A DNA stretch of 45,969 bases, taken from assembly GCA_038153405.1 (NCBI GenBank), contig JAYOYH010000018.1:1-45969 (forward strand). The letters run 5' to 3'. This document shows, piece after piece, positions 9,931 to 19,555 of the stretch. The DNA is from Gemmatimonadota bacterium. GTDB lineage: Bacteria; Latescibacterota; UBA2968; UBA8231. A program made the position numbers and the translations under genes. Each line of letters starts with the position of its first letter. The first letter of the stretch is position 1. A model generated the notes under the pieces. That model searched no databases. It was not told the origin of the DNA and saw only the letters and a list, made by a program, of their open reading frames with translations.

Positions 9931-10998
9931 CTAGGTGAAAATGCCGCTGACGAGGTCGTGGTGGGCGCTGAGCCAGGCGTGGATGTCGCCGGCAATATCG
10001 CGCGGTGTCCGCTGCGGTGTCCAGCCAAATGCACGCGTGACCTTGGCGTTGTCGCTCACGTAATAGGGCAGGTCGAGCTGGCGCGTTTCTGCAATGGAGC
10101 CAATCTCTATCTGCCGACCGGTAATTTCTTCGCAGAGGGCGGTATACTCCACGAGCGAAGTCGAACCGCGCAGGCCACCGCCGGCGTTAAAGACATCGCC
10201 GGCGTGCTCGGCTAGCAGGGGCGTCTGCGCTTCGAGCAGGGCAAATAAGTCGGCCGGATGCATGAGATCGCGCACCTGTTTGCCGGTACCGCCAAAGCCC
10301 ATATAGCTGAGGCGCTGGCCAAAATAGTGCGCAGCGACCCACAGCGTGTAGACGCCCTGATCGACCTTGCCCCACTGGCCCGGGCCAGCGATGACGCCGC
10401 AGCGGTTGATCAATGCGCGCAGGTCGTACATGGCGCAGTACTCTTGGACAAAGAGCTCGGACGCCAGCTTGGTCGCGCCGTACAGCGAGCGGAACTGCGC
10501 AGTGTCAAACGTTTCAGCTAGGCCGTTTGCCGATAGACCTTCGGGTAGGTTGGCGCGTTCGTCGATCGCCAATCGCGTCGCTTCTTCGCACAGGGGAATG
10601 GCGCGCTGAGCGGGCACAGAGTAAACGCGCGAGGTGGACAGCAATATCATGCCGCCGCAGCGCCGACGGGCAAACTCTAGGCTGTTGAGCGTGCCGACCA
10701 GGTTGGTGTTGAGCACGTAGTGCGGTGCCGAATCGGCGCCCGCATGGGCCGACGGCTCGGCGGCGGCGTCGATAAATAGGTCGAACTCGCCCTGTACGTC
10801 GCCCAAATCGTCTGCCGTGCGCACGTCGCCGTGGACAAATTCGATATGTAACTTTTTAAATTCGGGTAGATTGAGCTCGGCTCCGCGCCGCTTGAGGTTG
10901 TCGAAGGCGACGATGCGGCGCTCCGGATACTGTTCGCGATAGCTTCGCGCCAGGCTGGAACCGACAAAGCCTGCTCCCCCGCTGATAAAAAGGCTCAA
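9931..10998 (-). CDS. NAD-dependent epimerase, RfbE-like paralog
   Basis: [47 protein letters not shown] start at 10998 overlaps the AKR stop (TTGA). Confidence 0.85.
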   Translation of the reverse strand: MSLFISGGAGFVGSSLARSYREQYPERRIVAFDNLKRRGAELNLPEFKKLHIEFVHGDVRTADDLGDVQGEFDLFIDAAAEPSAHAGADSAPHYVLNTNLVGTLNSLEFARRRCGGMILLSTSRVYSVPAQRAIPLCEEATRLAIDERANLPEGLSANGLAETFDTAQFRSLYGATKLASELFVQEYCAMYDLRALINRCGVIAGPGQWGKVDQGVYTLWVAAHYFGQRLSYMGFGGTGKQVRDLMHPADLFALLEAQTPLLAEHAGDVFNAGGGLRGSTSLVEYTALCEEITGRQIEIGSIAETRQLDLPYYVSDNAKVTRAFGWTPQRTPRDIAGDIHAWLSAHHDLVSGIFT

Positions 10999-11993
10999 GC
11001 GCTCGCCTTTGGGGTGGGTGCGCGTTCGTGCAGCAGATGTTCGGCCTGCAGCTCGGCCCAAAAGTCGGCGGGAATAGCGCGCGTTAGCAGGTCGAAGTTC
11101 TCTTCGACGCGCGCCGGCTGGCGCGTGCCGGGAATAATGCAGGTAATGGCCGGATGGGCAAAGACAAATTGTGAGGCGGCCGCTTTGACATCGACGCCGT
11201 GGCGCTTGGCGATCGCTTCGATGGCCTGCGCCTTTTGCATGATATCCGTGGGGGCTTCGCCGTAGTTGTAGGTAGCACCGGGTTTGGCGCCCTTGGCGAG
11301 AATGCCGCTATTGTAGGTGCCGCCCGCCATGATGCCGATATGCTTTTCCACGCAGAGCGGCAGCAACTCGTCGAGAGCGCTCTGGTCTAGCAGGCTGTAG
11401 CGGCCCGCCAGGAGGAAGCAGTCGAAGTCACCTTCGCGGGCAAAGCGCGCGAGCATTTCCCACTGGTTCATGCCGGCGCTCACGGCGCGAATCACGCCCT
11501 GTGAGCGCAGCGTGTCGAGCGCGGGATAGGCGCCGTCGATGGCTTCCTGCCAGTGGTTGTCTGGGTCGTGGATATGCAGAATATCGATGCGCTCCACGCC
11601 CAGGCGCTCGAGGCTGTCTTCTAAGGAGCGCATGACGCCGTCGTAGCTAAAGTCAAAGACCGGTTTGAACGGCGGCGGGTCGCCGAAGATAGACTGACCG
11701 CGTTCGTCGTCTTTGCTGGGCACTAAGAGGCGGCCGACCTTGGATGCCAGCACGTAGGAATCGCGTTCTATGCCCTGTAGGGCTTGGCCCAGGCGCCGTT
11801 CGCTTTTGCCCGAGCCATACAGGGGCGCTGTGTCGAAAAGGTTGAGCCCCAGATTTAGGGCTTTGTGAACCACCTGCGTGGCTTGCTCGTCTGGAATGTC
11901 GCCGTAGAGTCCGCCGATGGCCGCGCAGCCGAGGCCGAGTCGGGTGACTTCGAGCCCGCTGCTGCCCAACGTGGCTTTTTCCAAGGGTTGCAT
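10995..11993 (-). CDS. Aldo/keto reductase (D-threo-aldose 1-dehydrogenase / L-fucose dehydrogenase-like)
   Basis: LGLGCAAIG, FDTAPLYGSGKSE, SKVGR, FDFSYDGVMRS, HIHDPD, LAGRYSLLDQ; ATG 11993 with GGAGG RBS. Confidence 0.9.
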   Translation of the reverse strand: MQPLEKATLGSSGLEVTRLGLGCAAIGGLYGDIPDEQATQVVHKALNLGLNLFDTAPLYGSGKSERRLGQALQGIERDSYVLASKVGRLLVPSKDDERGQSIFGDPPPFKPVFDFSYDGVMRSLEDSLERLGVERIDILHIHDPDNHWQEAIDGAYPALDTLRSQGVIRAVSAGMNQWEMLARFAREGDFDCFLLAGRYSLLDQSALDELLPLCVEKHIGIMAGGTYNSGILAKGAKPGATYNYGEAPTDIMQKAQAIEAIAKRHGVDVKAAASQFVFAHPAITCIIPGTRQPARVEENFDLLTRAIPADFWAELQAEHLLHERAPTPKASA

Positions 11994-12070
11994 AAGACCT
12001 CCCCCGTTTTGTGTGCTGAGTAGATAATATATGCCATCGCCCAATGGGGGAAAGGCGCCAAGGGCGATGC

Positions 12071-12099
12071 TTGACGTCTTTCGGGGGATGGCGTAGATT
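12071..12099 (+). promoter_or_regulatory. Sigma70-like promoter
   Basis: TTGACG-17 bp-TAGATT upstream of the plus-strand run starting at 12198. Confidence 0.6.
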
Positions 12100-12197
12100 A
12101 AAAAATCTTTTTCTGAAGTCAGAAATAGTTGAATATAAATGAGATGTGATGCGTTAGAGCACTCGTCAAACGCGCGCTTGTGCGCTCTGCCATAGGG

Positions 12198-13679
12198 ATG
12201 AAGTGGTCCGTTTTATTCTTCGTCCTGTGCTCGTGTGGGCAACGGCAAGAGGCACAGATAGCGCACCCGGTAGTCGAGCCGCTACCCGCCTCGACCGACT
12301 CGACGATTAGCGACGAAGTTGGTGCATCCGATGCGGCGCTCATATGGCGCAGTTGGCCCGAATGGGTTTCCGATCGGACGCACCTCGACCGCCCGGTGCT
12401 CTTTTACATTGCGGCGCCCGGATGCGAGGGTCTGTTCGTCCAGCCCTCTGCCCTGCTGCGCGAGTTGGTTGAAGAGCGCTATATCGGCGTGAAAGTGGAT
12501 CCCTTTGCGTGGCCGGACGCGGTGCGCTATTTGCGCCCCGGGGGGTGCCCGTCGCTGGTCGTTGCCTCCTCCGAAGGGCAAATCGTAGCGCGCGCCACGG
12601 ATATTCCGCCGCGCCATGTCGAGTCCTACATACTCCGTATTTTGGGGGCTTTTGAAAAAGGACTCGTTGCGCTGGGCCGCGCCGATGCGCCGCAGATGGA
12701 TGCGCGGCGCATCCGACCCGAACAGGTGCATCAGGTCCTGCGCTCGGCGTACGATGAGCGCCATGGGGGACTGTTCGGGCCGCAGAAATTTTTGCACGCG
12801 CGCGCCCTGCGCTTTCTTTGGCAGCGCGCCGCAGACGTGGGTGATGCATCGCCGCGCCGCGCCGTTGAGCACTCGGTGGCGGCATTTCTTGGCTCGCCTC
12901 TGCGCGACGACAACGGCGGTGGATTTGCCCTGTATGCGCACACGCCTGACTGGTCGCAGCCGGCAGCAGAGAGAGACGGCCTCTACCAGGCCGAGGCCGT
13001 GCAGTTGCTATTGGACGTCGGTGAGTACGACGCCGTTCTCTCCTGGTTGGACTACGTCGATCGCCAGCTGCGCGACCGCTCTACCGGGGCGCTGTACGGA
13101 CGGCAGGTGCAGCGGCGCGACGGCCGTTGGTGGACGGATGCCAACTCCTATGTCGATCGCATGGCCGCCTTGGCGCTCGCACTGGTGCGCGTAGCCGAGG
13201 AGCGCAACGTCGATATGGCTGCCGATACCGCGGGGGAGGCCGTGCGCTACGTGGTGGATTATTGCATCGACGATAGGGGCGCCGTGCGCCATATGTGTGC
13301 TGCACCGGGTCCGCAGGGCCTGTTGGTCGACCAGGCGATGGTGGCCTTGATGTTGCAGGCTTGGACGCGCAGAAGCGGGGACGCATTGGCGGCGCGCGCT
13401 ATGGAGCGCGTTGTTCGCTTTGCTGAAGAACATCTCTACTCGCCCGAGCACGGTCTGTTTGCCGCTGGTGCAGATTGGCCTGTAGACGGCGATTTTTCCG
13501 CTGCCGACGACGGGTACCCGGTGGGCAACGCACTTATGGCAGAGTGGTACTATACCCGCGGCGACCGGGCGCGTGCCGATCAACTGGTCGATGCTGCGCG
13601 CTTTCTCGACGGTGAATACAGAGTGGCCGCACACTGGGCATGGCTGCAGGTTGTGCACGGAGAATCCGAACGGCAATGA
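12198..13679 (+). CDS. YyaL/DUF255-like protein (thioredoxin-like plus helical barrel), predicted lipoprotein
   Basis: Signal MKWSVLFFVLCSC; IWRSW...RPVLFYI, IGVKVD, GGCP, YDERHGGLFGPQKF, GGGFALYA, DDGYPVGNALMA. Confidence 0.65.
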   Translation: MKWSVLFFVLCSCGQRQEAQIAHPVVEPLPASTDSTISDEVGASDAALIWRSWPEWVSDRTHLDRPVLFYIAAPGCEGLFVQPSALLRELVEERYIGVKVDPFAWPDAVRYLRPGGCPSLVVASSEGQIVARATDIPPRHVESYILRILGAFEKGLVALGRADAPQMDARRIRPEQVHQVLRSAYDERHGGLFGPQKFLHARALRFLWQRAADVGDASPRRAVEHSVAAFLGSPLRDDNGGGFALYAHTPDWSQPAAERDGLYQAEAVQLLLDVGEYDAVLSWLDYVDRQLRDRSTGALYGRQVQRRDGRWWTDANSYVDRMAALALALVRVAEERNVDMAADTAGEAVRYVVDYCIDDRGAVRHMCAAPGPQGLLVDQAMVALMLQAWTRRSGDALAARAMERVVRFAEEHLYSPEHGLFAAGADWPVDGDFSAADDGYPVGNALMAEWYYTRGDRARADQLVDAARFLDGEYRVAAHWAWLQVVHGESERQ

Positions 13680-14593
13680 AGATCATCGTGACCGGAGCAC
13701 ATGGGTTTCTGGGGCGTTGCCTGCTCGGGCTGGACAAACAGCACGAGTGGCTCGGCTGGTCGCGTGCAAGCGACCCCGTCGAAGACGTCCTCTGCCAACA
13801 GGTCGATCTTTCCGATCGCGGAATGCTGACGGAGCGGCTAGAGGCGATCGCCCCGGACTGGGTGATCAACACGGCGGCGATCACCAATGTCGACGGATGC
13901 GAGCTCGATCCCGCTGAGGCGCGCCAAGTGAACGTCGATACGGTGGCGAATTTAGTGGCCGCCTGCAGTGCGACCGGCGCGGGGCTAGCCCACATCTCTA
14001 CAGATTACGTATTCGACGGCACGCGCGGTCCTTACAGTGAGGGTGACGAGACCAGGCCGCTGTCGCGCTACGGAGCGCTCAAACTGGAGAGCGAGCATCT
14101 CGTGTTAAACGGGCTGGCGCGCGGCATTGTCGTGCGCACGATGTGGCTGTACGGTTACGTCGCAGGGGCGCGTCCCAATATGCTCACCTGGCCGTTGGCA
14201 ACGCTGGCGCGCGGTGACGCGCTGGAAATTGTCGCTGACCAGTGGGGCAATCCAACCTACGGTCCCGATCTGGCGCGCGCGCTGGTCGAGCTATGTGCCA
14301 ACGAGGCCACGGGGCTGTGGCACGTGGGGGGCGGCAGCTTTATGACGCGCCACGAACAGGTCGTGGAACTGGCGTCTTTTTTTCATCTCGATGCCGGCCG
14401 CGTCGGTCGCACCGTGACGGCGGCGCTGGCCCAGCCGGCCCAGCGGCCTCTGCGCTCGGGGCTGTGCACCGGGGCGATCGAGCAACGACTGGGATGGAAA
14501 CCAACGACGTTTGTGCAGAGTTTGGAAGATCTACTGAAGAACGAGTGCTTTCGCCAAGACCATGCATACCTATTTGACTCCCGAAAGCTATGA
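13676..14593 (+). CDS. rfbD: dTDP-4-dehydrorhamnose reductase family SDR
   Basis: VTGAHGFLG, INTAAITNVDGCE, HISTDYVFDG, YGALKLESE, DQWGNPTY; ATGA overlap at 13676. Confidence 0.85.
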   Translation: MKIIVTGAHGFLGRCLLGLDKQHEWLGWSRASDPVEDVLCQQVDLSDRGMLTERLEAIAPDWVINTAAITNVDGCELDPAEARQVNVDTVANLVAACSATGAGLAHISTDYVFDGTRGPYSEGDETRPLSRYGALKLESEHLVLNGLARGIVVRTMWLYGYVAGARPNMLTWPLATLARGDALEIVADQWGNPTYGPDLARALVELCANEATGLWHVGGGSFMTRHEQVVELASFFHLDAGRVGRTVTAALAQPAQRPLRSGLCTGAIEQRLGWKPTTFVQSLEDLLKNECFRQDHAYLFDSRKL

Positions 14594-15297
14594 ATGATCA
14601 GAAACTGAGTGTTTCGCTCATTACGCCCACCTACAATGAGAGCGAAAATGTGCCCATACTAGCCCAGGAGATTTTCTCGGTTCTCCAATCTGAGTCCGAT
14701 ATTGACTTGGAACTCATTGTGGTTGATGACAATTCGCCCGATGGGACGGGCGCAGTGGCCGAGGGGCTAAAAGATCAATATCCACTCCACGTCGTGCATC
14801 GGCCGGGAAAGCTGGGCCTGGGTTCGGCGGTCATGGAAGGATTCGCGCTATCGAAACGCGACTATATCGGCGTGATCGACGCGGACCTAAGTCACGATCC
14901 GGCCATTTTGCCCCAGCTGATTCGCGGCCTAAGGGAATGCGATATCACCATCGGTAGCCGTTTCGGCGAGACGAGCAAGGTCGAAAAATGGGCTTTGCAT
15001 CGCCGACTGACCTCGCTGACGGGCGTGGGATTAGCGCGCTTGCTAACGGGCGTAGAAGATCCCCTGTCCGGGTATTTTTTCTTGCATCGCAAGGGGTTGG
15101 GTGACCTCGAGTTGACTTCAGCCGGCTATAAAATCCTGCTGGAGATTTTGGTCAAAGGGCGCGTAGCAACGCATCGGTCTGTGCCCTTTACCTTTCGCAA
15201 CAGGCAGTTTAGCAAGAGCAAACTGAACGCCAAAGAGTACATCTTATTTGCCAAACAGCTGCTCTACTTCAGCGCTTACAAATTGTTTAAGTCCTAG
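14590..15297 (+). CDS. Polyprenol monophosphomannose synthase-like GT2
   Basis: PTYNESEN, VDDNSPDGT, RPGKLGLGSA, DADLSHDP, DPLSGYF, GYKILLEIL. Confidence 0.9.
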   Translation: MNDQKLSVSLITPTYNESENVPILAQEIFSVLQSESDIDLELIVVDDNSPDGTGAVAEGLKDQYPLHVVHRPGKLGLGSAVMEGFALSKRDYIGVIDADLSHDPAILPQLIRGLRECDITIGSRFGETSKVEKWALHRRLTSLTGVGLARLLTGVEDPLSGYFFLHRKGLGDLELTSAGYKILLEILVKGRVATHRSVPFTFRNRQFSKSKLNAKEYILFAKQLLYFSAYKLFKS

Positions 15298-15315
15298 CGA
15301 GAGCTATGGTGCCCC

Positions 15316-16998
15316 ATGCAGCTTAGCATTGTACTTCTAAGCTACAACACGCGCGATCTCACCGAGCAAACGCTGCACTCGGTCTGCGCCGCGATCGGAA
15401 ATATCGAAGCCGAGATCTTCGTAGTCGATAATGCGTCGAGCGACGGCAGTGCCGATATGGTCGAGGAGAAGTTTCCCGACGTGCACCTGTTGCGCAACCC
15501 GTCCAATACGGGGTTTGCCGCCGGCAATAACGTGGCGCTGCACCAGGTGTGTGGCCGCTATGTATTGCTGCTCAATACCGATACCATCGTCCGCACCGAT
15601 ACCTTTAGCTGTCTGGTCCGCTTTATGGACGAGCATCCGGAGGCCGGTGCCGTTGGATGCAAAATCCTCAACCCCGACGGCACGCTGCAGTTGGATAGCC
15701 GCCGGGGGTTTCCCACGCCCCTGGCCGCGTTCTGCAAGATGTCAGGCCTCAGCCGTCTGTTTCCCCAACACCCCATCATTGCGCGCTACAACATGACCTT
15801 CCTCGATGCCGATCAGTGCGCGGAGGTAGAGGTGCTGTCCGGGTCGTGTATGCTGGTGCGCAAGGCGGCGATGGACGAAGTGGGCTTGCTCGACGAAGAC
15901 TACTTTATGTACGGCGAAGATATCGACTGGTGCTATCGCATTCATCGGGCTGGCTGGAAGATGTACTACGTACCCGATACGGCCATCGTGCATTTTCGCG
16001 GCGAGAGCGGACGCGGCGTGCCGCTGCGCATTCTCTATCGCAAGAGCAAGGCAATGTCGATTTTTGTCGACAAGCACATGAAGGAGCGCTACCGCTTTTT
16101 TCCTCCTTCAATCTTGCACGTGGGCATAGCGCTTTACGGCGCGTTTCGCTTTGTAGTAAAGGCGCTGCGCGTGATGGTTTTGCCCTTGGTTGATGCGGCG
16201 CTGATCGTCGGCGGTTTGCACTTGGGTCTTGCGGTGCGCTACCACGAGAGTCTGGCGCCGCTTATTCGCCAGGTTGAGCAGTTGAGCAACCAGATGGGTC
16301 TGCAGGTAGAGCCTACGCGTTGGTTGACGCTTCCACCCTACACGCAAGCGGAGTGGTTCACCGTATATGCCGTTTCCGCCCTGGTATGGCTCGTTTCGTT
16401 TGGTGCGCTGGGCCTCTACGGGCGCAAGCGCTATTCGCCATCGTGGGCCTTTGTCGGCGTGTCGCTCGGCTTTGCAGCTATTCTCACGCTGGTGTTCTTC
16501 TTCAAGAGCTATAACTTTTCGCGCCTTGCCGCCGGTGCCGCCTGGGCGTGTAACGCGGTGCTATTGGCCGGATGGCGCTTTGGTGTGCGCTGGTTGGGGC
16601 GCAAACGCGGAGCGCAGCGCGGGCGCGAGCGCGTGCTGTTGGTCGGAACGAATGCGCAGGCGCAGCTCTTTGTAGAGAGCTGGAGCGCGAGCGGCTATGC
16701 TACGAGCGACTTGCTGGGCGTCGTGCGCACGGAAGATGCGGCTGCGCCGTCGTCGTTTGCCGGCCGCCCCGTCGTCGGTGGCCATGAACAGCTGGAATCG
16801 CTGCTACACGCGTACGAAGTCGATACGCTGATCTTCGTTCCGGGCACCCTATCGCTGGCGCTGGAACACCTGCAGGGTCGCTGGGGCCGGCGCGATCTGC
16901 GCGTGTGCATGGTCCCGGTGGGATTTGCCGGCACGCAGGACGAGTCCATGAGGTCCTCTGGGCAGCTGCCGCTGGTAGACATACTGCCTTCTAAGTGA
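15316..16998 (+). CDS. GT2 glycosyltransferase (rhamnosyltransferase-like) fused to membrane segments and a Rossmann-like C-terminal domain
   Basis: VVDNASSDGS, NTGFAAGNN, LLLNTD, LSGSCML, FMYGEDIDWCYR, HFRGES; then TM helices, FSRL, RVLLVG. Confidence 0.85.
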   Translation: MQLSIVLLSYNTRDLTEQTLHSVCAAIGNIEAEIFVVDNASSDGSADMVEEKFPDVHLLRNPSNTGFAAGNNVALHQVCGRYVLLLNTDTIVRTDTFSCLVRFMDEHPEAGAVGCKILNPDGTLQLDSRRGFPTPLAAFCKMSGLSRLFPQHPIIARYNMTFLDADQCAEVEVLSGSCMLVRKAAMDEVGLLDEDYFMYGEDIDWCYRIHRAGWKMYYVPDTAIVHFRGESGRGVPLRILYRKSKAMSIFVDKHMKERYRFFPPSILHVGIALYGAFRFVVKALRVMVLPLVDAALIVGGLHLGLAVRYHESLAPLIRQVEQLSNQMGLQVEPTRWLTLPPYTQAEWFTVYAVSALVWLVSFGALGLYGRKRYSPSWAFVGVSLGFAAILTLVFFFKSYNFSRLAAGAAWACNAVLLAGWRFGVRWLGRKRGAQRGRERVLLVGTNAQAQLFVESWSASGYATSDLLGVVRTEDAAAPSSFAGRPVVGGHEQLESLLHAYEVDTLIFVPGTLSLALEHLQGRWGRRDLRVCMVPVGFAGTQDESMRSSGQLPLVDILPSK

Positions 16999-17031
16999 TG
17001 GAATAGGGTAAGTAAGTTGGCGAAGAAAAAC

Positions 17032-18768
17032 ATGACCAGTTCGGTGGCGCGTTGGCCCCTGTTTGCGGCGATTGTCATTGTCGCCTACGTCTTTTCTGGT
17101 TTGCGCTCCGGCGCGGCGCGCGAAGGCGGAGAAAGTCTCGATGTGGTGTTCGAAGTACGCGATCGCATTCATCGCGATTACGTCGATTCCGTAGACAGTC
17201 TCCGCGTCGTCGATAGCGGCATCGACGGTCTGCTGGAGGCGTTGGCAGAACAGGGTGAGAGGCTAGCCCTGGAGCGCGATTGGCCGAGCGATCATCCCGG
17301 CGATCGCGTGCAGCGACGGCGTATGATCGATACATTTGACCGCGCCGCACACGGTTTTCCGGAAGGCGTCCTGCCCGACTCGCTGATGCGCAGTGCAATA
17401 TGGGGTATGCTCTCAGCACTCGACCCCCATTCGAGCTATTTGGATGCAGCGGATTACGAGGATATGGTCGAGCGCTTTCGCGGCGACTTCGAGGGCATTG
17501 GCATCTATTTTGAGGTGCGCGATGGCAAACTGTTGGTCATCTCTCCGATCGTGGGTTCGCCGTCCTATGGCAAACTGCGCGCAGGCGATCACATAGCGGA
17601 GATTGAAGGCGTTTCGACGCAGGGCATTAGCACCGAAGACGTGATGGATAAGCTGCGCGGTGCGCGCGGTTCGCTCGTACGCGTTGCCGTGCGGCGCCAG
17701 GGGCGAGACGCGTTGCAGCACTATACCATTCGCCGCGACCGCGTAGAAATTCGCAGCGTGCCCTACGCCTATATGCTCGAGCCAGGCGTTGGCTATGTGC
17801 GCGTGGTGCGCTTTGCCGAGACGACGGCAGACGAGCTCGAGCGCGCGTTGGATTCGCTGCGCGCTCGCGGCATGCGCGAGCTGATTTTGGATCTGCGCGA
17901 CAACGGAGGCGGCCTGTTGGACCAGGCCGTAGAAGTAGCCGACTTCTTTTTAGACGCTGGCCAGTTGATCGTCTACACCGAAGGCCGAGGTGGGGCGCGA
18001 CAGGAGTACCGCGCGCGACAGCGCCTAGCCAAACCCATGCCTCTGGTGGTGTTGATAGACCACGGCAGCGCCAGCGCTTCGGAAATTGTCGCCGGTGCTG
18101 TGCAGGACTTAGACATGGGCATTGTCGCCGGCCAGACCAGCTTTGGCAAGGGGTTGGTGCAGGGGCAGTTTCCGCTGCGCAGTAATGGCGGTTTGCTCCT
18201 ATTGACTGTTGCTCGCTATTATACCCCGCTGGGTCGGCTTATTCAGCGACCCTATAGCGACGACGTGCACGCCTACTACGAAGAGGGCATTGACGAGATC
18301 GATCCCAACAGCGTCGATAGTTTGCGCGTTGGCAAGGCCGTTTTTTACACTCAGCAGGGTCGCGCCGTCTACGGCGGCGGAGGTATAACTCCCGATGTCA
18401 TCCTGCCGGCAGAGGCGTATTCCGACTTTGCAGTGGATGTCTTTGGCCAGGGCTACCTAACCGATTTTTGCGGCTATTGGGTTGGGGCGCACAGCGATTG
18501 GCCCACCGTTTTTGCCGACTATCTATCGGCGTATGAGGTCGAGGCAAAAACGCTAGATGCATGGGAGGCTTTTCTGCTGGAGAGGGCGTCGGATATTGGC
18601 GATTCCACGCTAGGGGAACACCGAGATTTTGCCCGTGCCGAACTCAAAGCGGGCTTTGCTCGCGTGCTATGGGGAGAGGAGGAGTACTACCGCGTCCACC
18701 TCGAGTCGGATGAGCAGGTAGGAGCGGCTCTGATCCAGCTGTCCAACGCCGCGGAGTTAGTCCGTTAA
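17032..18768 (+). CDS. S41 C-terminal processing protease (CtpA/Prc family)
   Basis: LDPHSSY, FEGIGI (PDZ), LDLRDNGGGLL, SASASEIVAG, SFGKGLVQ, GGGGITPD; start 17032 or 17017. Confidence 0.92.
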   Translation: MTSSVARWPLFAAIVIVAYVFSGLRSGAAREGGESLDVVFEVRDRIHRDYVDSVDSLRVVDSGIDGLLEALAEQGERLALERDWPSDHPGDRVQRRRMIDTFDRAAHGFPEGVLPDSLMRSAIWGMLSALDPHSSYLDAADYEDMVERFRGDFEGIGIYFEVRDGKLLVISPIVGSPSYGKLRAGDHIAEIEGVSTQGISTEDVMDKLRGARGSLVRVAVRRQGRDALQHYTIRRDRVEIRSVPYAYMLEPGVGYVRVVRFAETTADELERALDSLRARGMRELILDLRDNGGGLLDQAVEVADFFLDAGQLIVYTEGRGGARQEYRARQRLAKPMPLVVLIDHGSASASEIVAGAVQDLDMGIVAGQTSFGKGLVQGQFPLRSNGGLLLLTVARYYTPLGRLIQRPYSDDVHAYYEEGIDEIDPNSVDSLRVGKAVFYTQQGRAVYGGGGITPDVILPAEAYSDFAVDVFGQGYLTDFCGYWVGAHSDWPTVFADYLSAYEVEAKTLDAWEAFLLERASDIGDSTLGEHRDFARAELKAGFARVLWGEEEYYRVHLESDEQVGAALIQLSNAAELVR

Positions 18769-18773
18769 CGCTA

Positions 18774-18802
18774 TTGATTTTTATTCGACTTATGCGTATT
18801 GT
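18774..18802 (+). promoter_or_regulatory. Sigma70-like promoter
   Basis: TTGATT-17 bp-TATTGT in the AT-rich gap before the ABC permease. Confidence 0.5.
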
Positions 18803-18834
18803 GAACGCTGGTTTCTATTCGGAGAGTGTCAGCT

Positions 18835-19536
18835 ATGTCAGGAATTGAAGTTGCGGGGGGCAAGAAGATCATCCTACCGATGAGCCGCGCGGTGGAGATC
18901 AGCTTGCGCAGCCTCAAAATTCGCTTTGGTCGCTCGTTGATTACGACCAGCGGCGTGGTGTTGGCCATTGCGTTTCTCATGTCCGTGTGGAGCAGTAACG
19001 AAATCGTCTCCAGTTTGCGCGATGTCAACAAGAGCGAAATCAATTTGCTCCTACAGAAAAAGGGCGTGGAGACGGGCCTGACTGATGGCGGGGCAGAGTC
19101 GGAGGAAGCCAAGGCGCGCCTGCAGGAGGAGCAGTCCAAACAGATGTGGCTAATTGGGCTGTCGCTGTTGGTGTGCGTGGTGGGCATTGCCAACGCCATG
19201 CTGATGTCGGTTACCGAGCGCTTTCGCGAAATTGGCACAATGAAGTGCTTAGGTGCGTTAGACTCATTTATCGTAAAACTCTTTCTGCTGGAATCCACTT
19301 TTCAGGGCGTCGCCGGCACCATGGCCGGCATCCTCATCGGGTTCTTGCTCACGCTCGGGCTGGCCTTGCTCGACTACGGCGGTTTCGTGCTGGATTATTT
19401 TCCAATGGCCGGCATCTTGGAGTCGGCGTTCTACGCACTGATTGCCGGCACCGTGCTCTCGCTGGTTGGCGCCATGCTGCCGGCCTACCGCGCGGCCAAG
19501 ATGGAACCAGTCGAAGCAATGCGATCCGATACCTAA
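18835..19536 (+). CDS. FtsX/MacB-like ABC permease (small)
   Basis: RSLITTSGVVLAIAF, GIANAMLMSVTERFREIGTMKCLGA, LPAYRAAKMEPVEAMR; GGAGA RBS before ATG 18835. Confidence 0.88.
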   Translation: MSGIEVAGGKKIILPMSRAVEISLRSLKIRFGRSLITTSGVVLAIAFLMSVWSSNEIVSSLRDVNKSEINLLLQKKGVETGLTDGGAESEEAKARLQEEQSKQMWLIGLSLLVCVVGIANAMLMSVTERFREIGTMKCLGALDSFIVKLFLLESTFQGVAGTMAGILIGFLLTLGLALLDYGGFVLDYFPMAGILESAFYALIAGTVLSLVGAMLPAYRAAKMEPVEAMRSDT

Positions 19537-19555
19537 TCTCACGAGGAAACCACAG

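Noticed and set aside
19442..19555. Extended start of the ABC ATPase (similar over-extensions at 11061, 12044, 13640, 22547, 34679, 40772)
   Set aside because: They overlap upstream genes or promoters; downstream starts have an RBS or stop/start coupling
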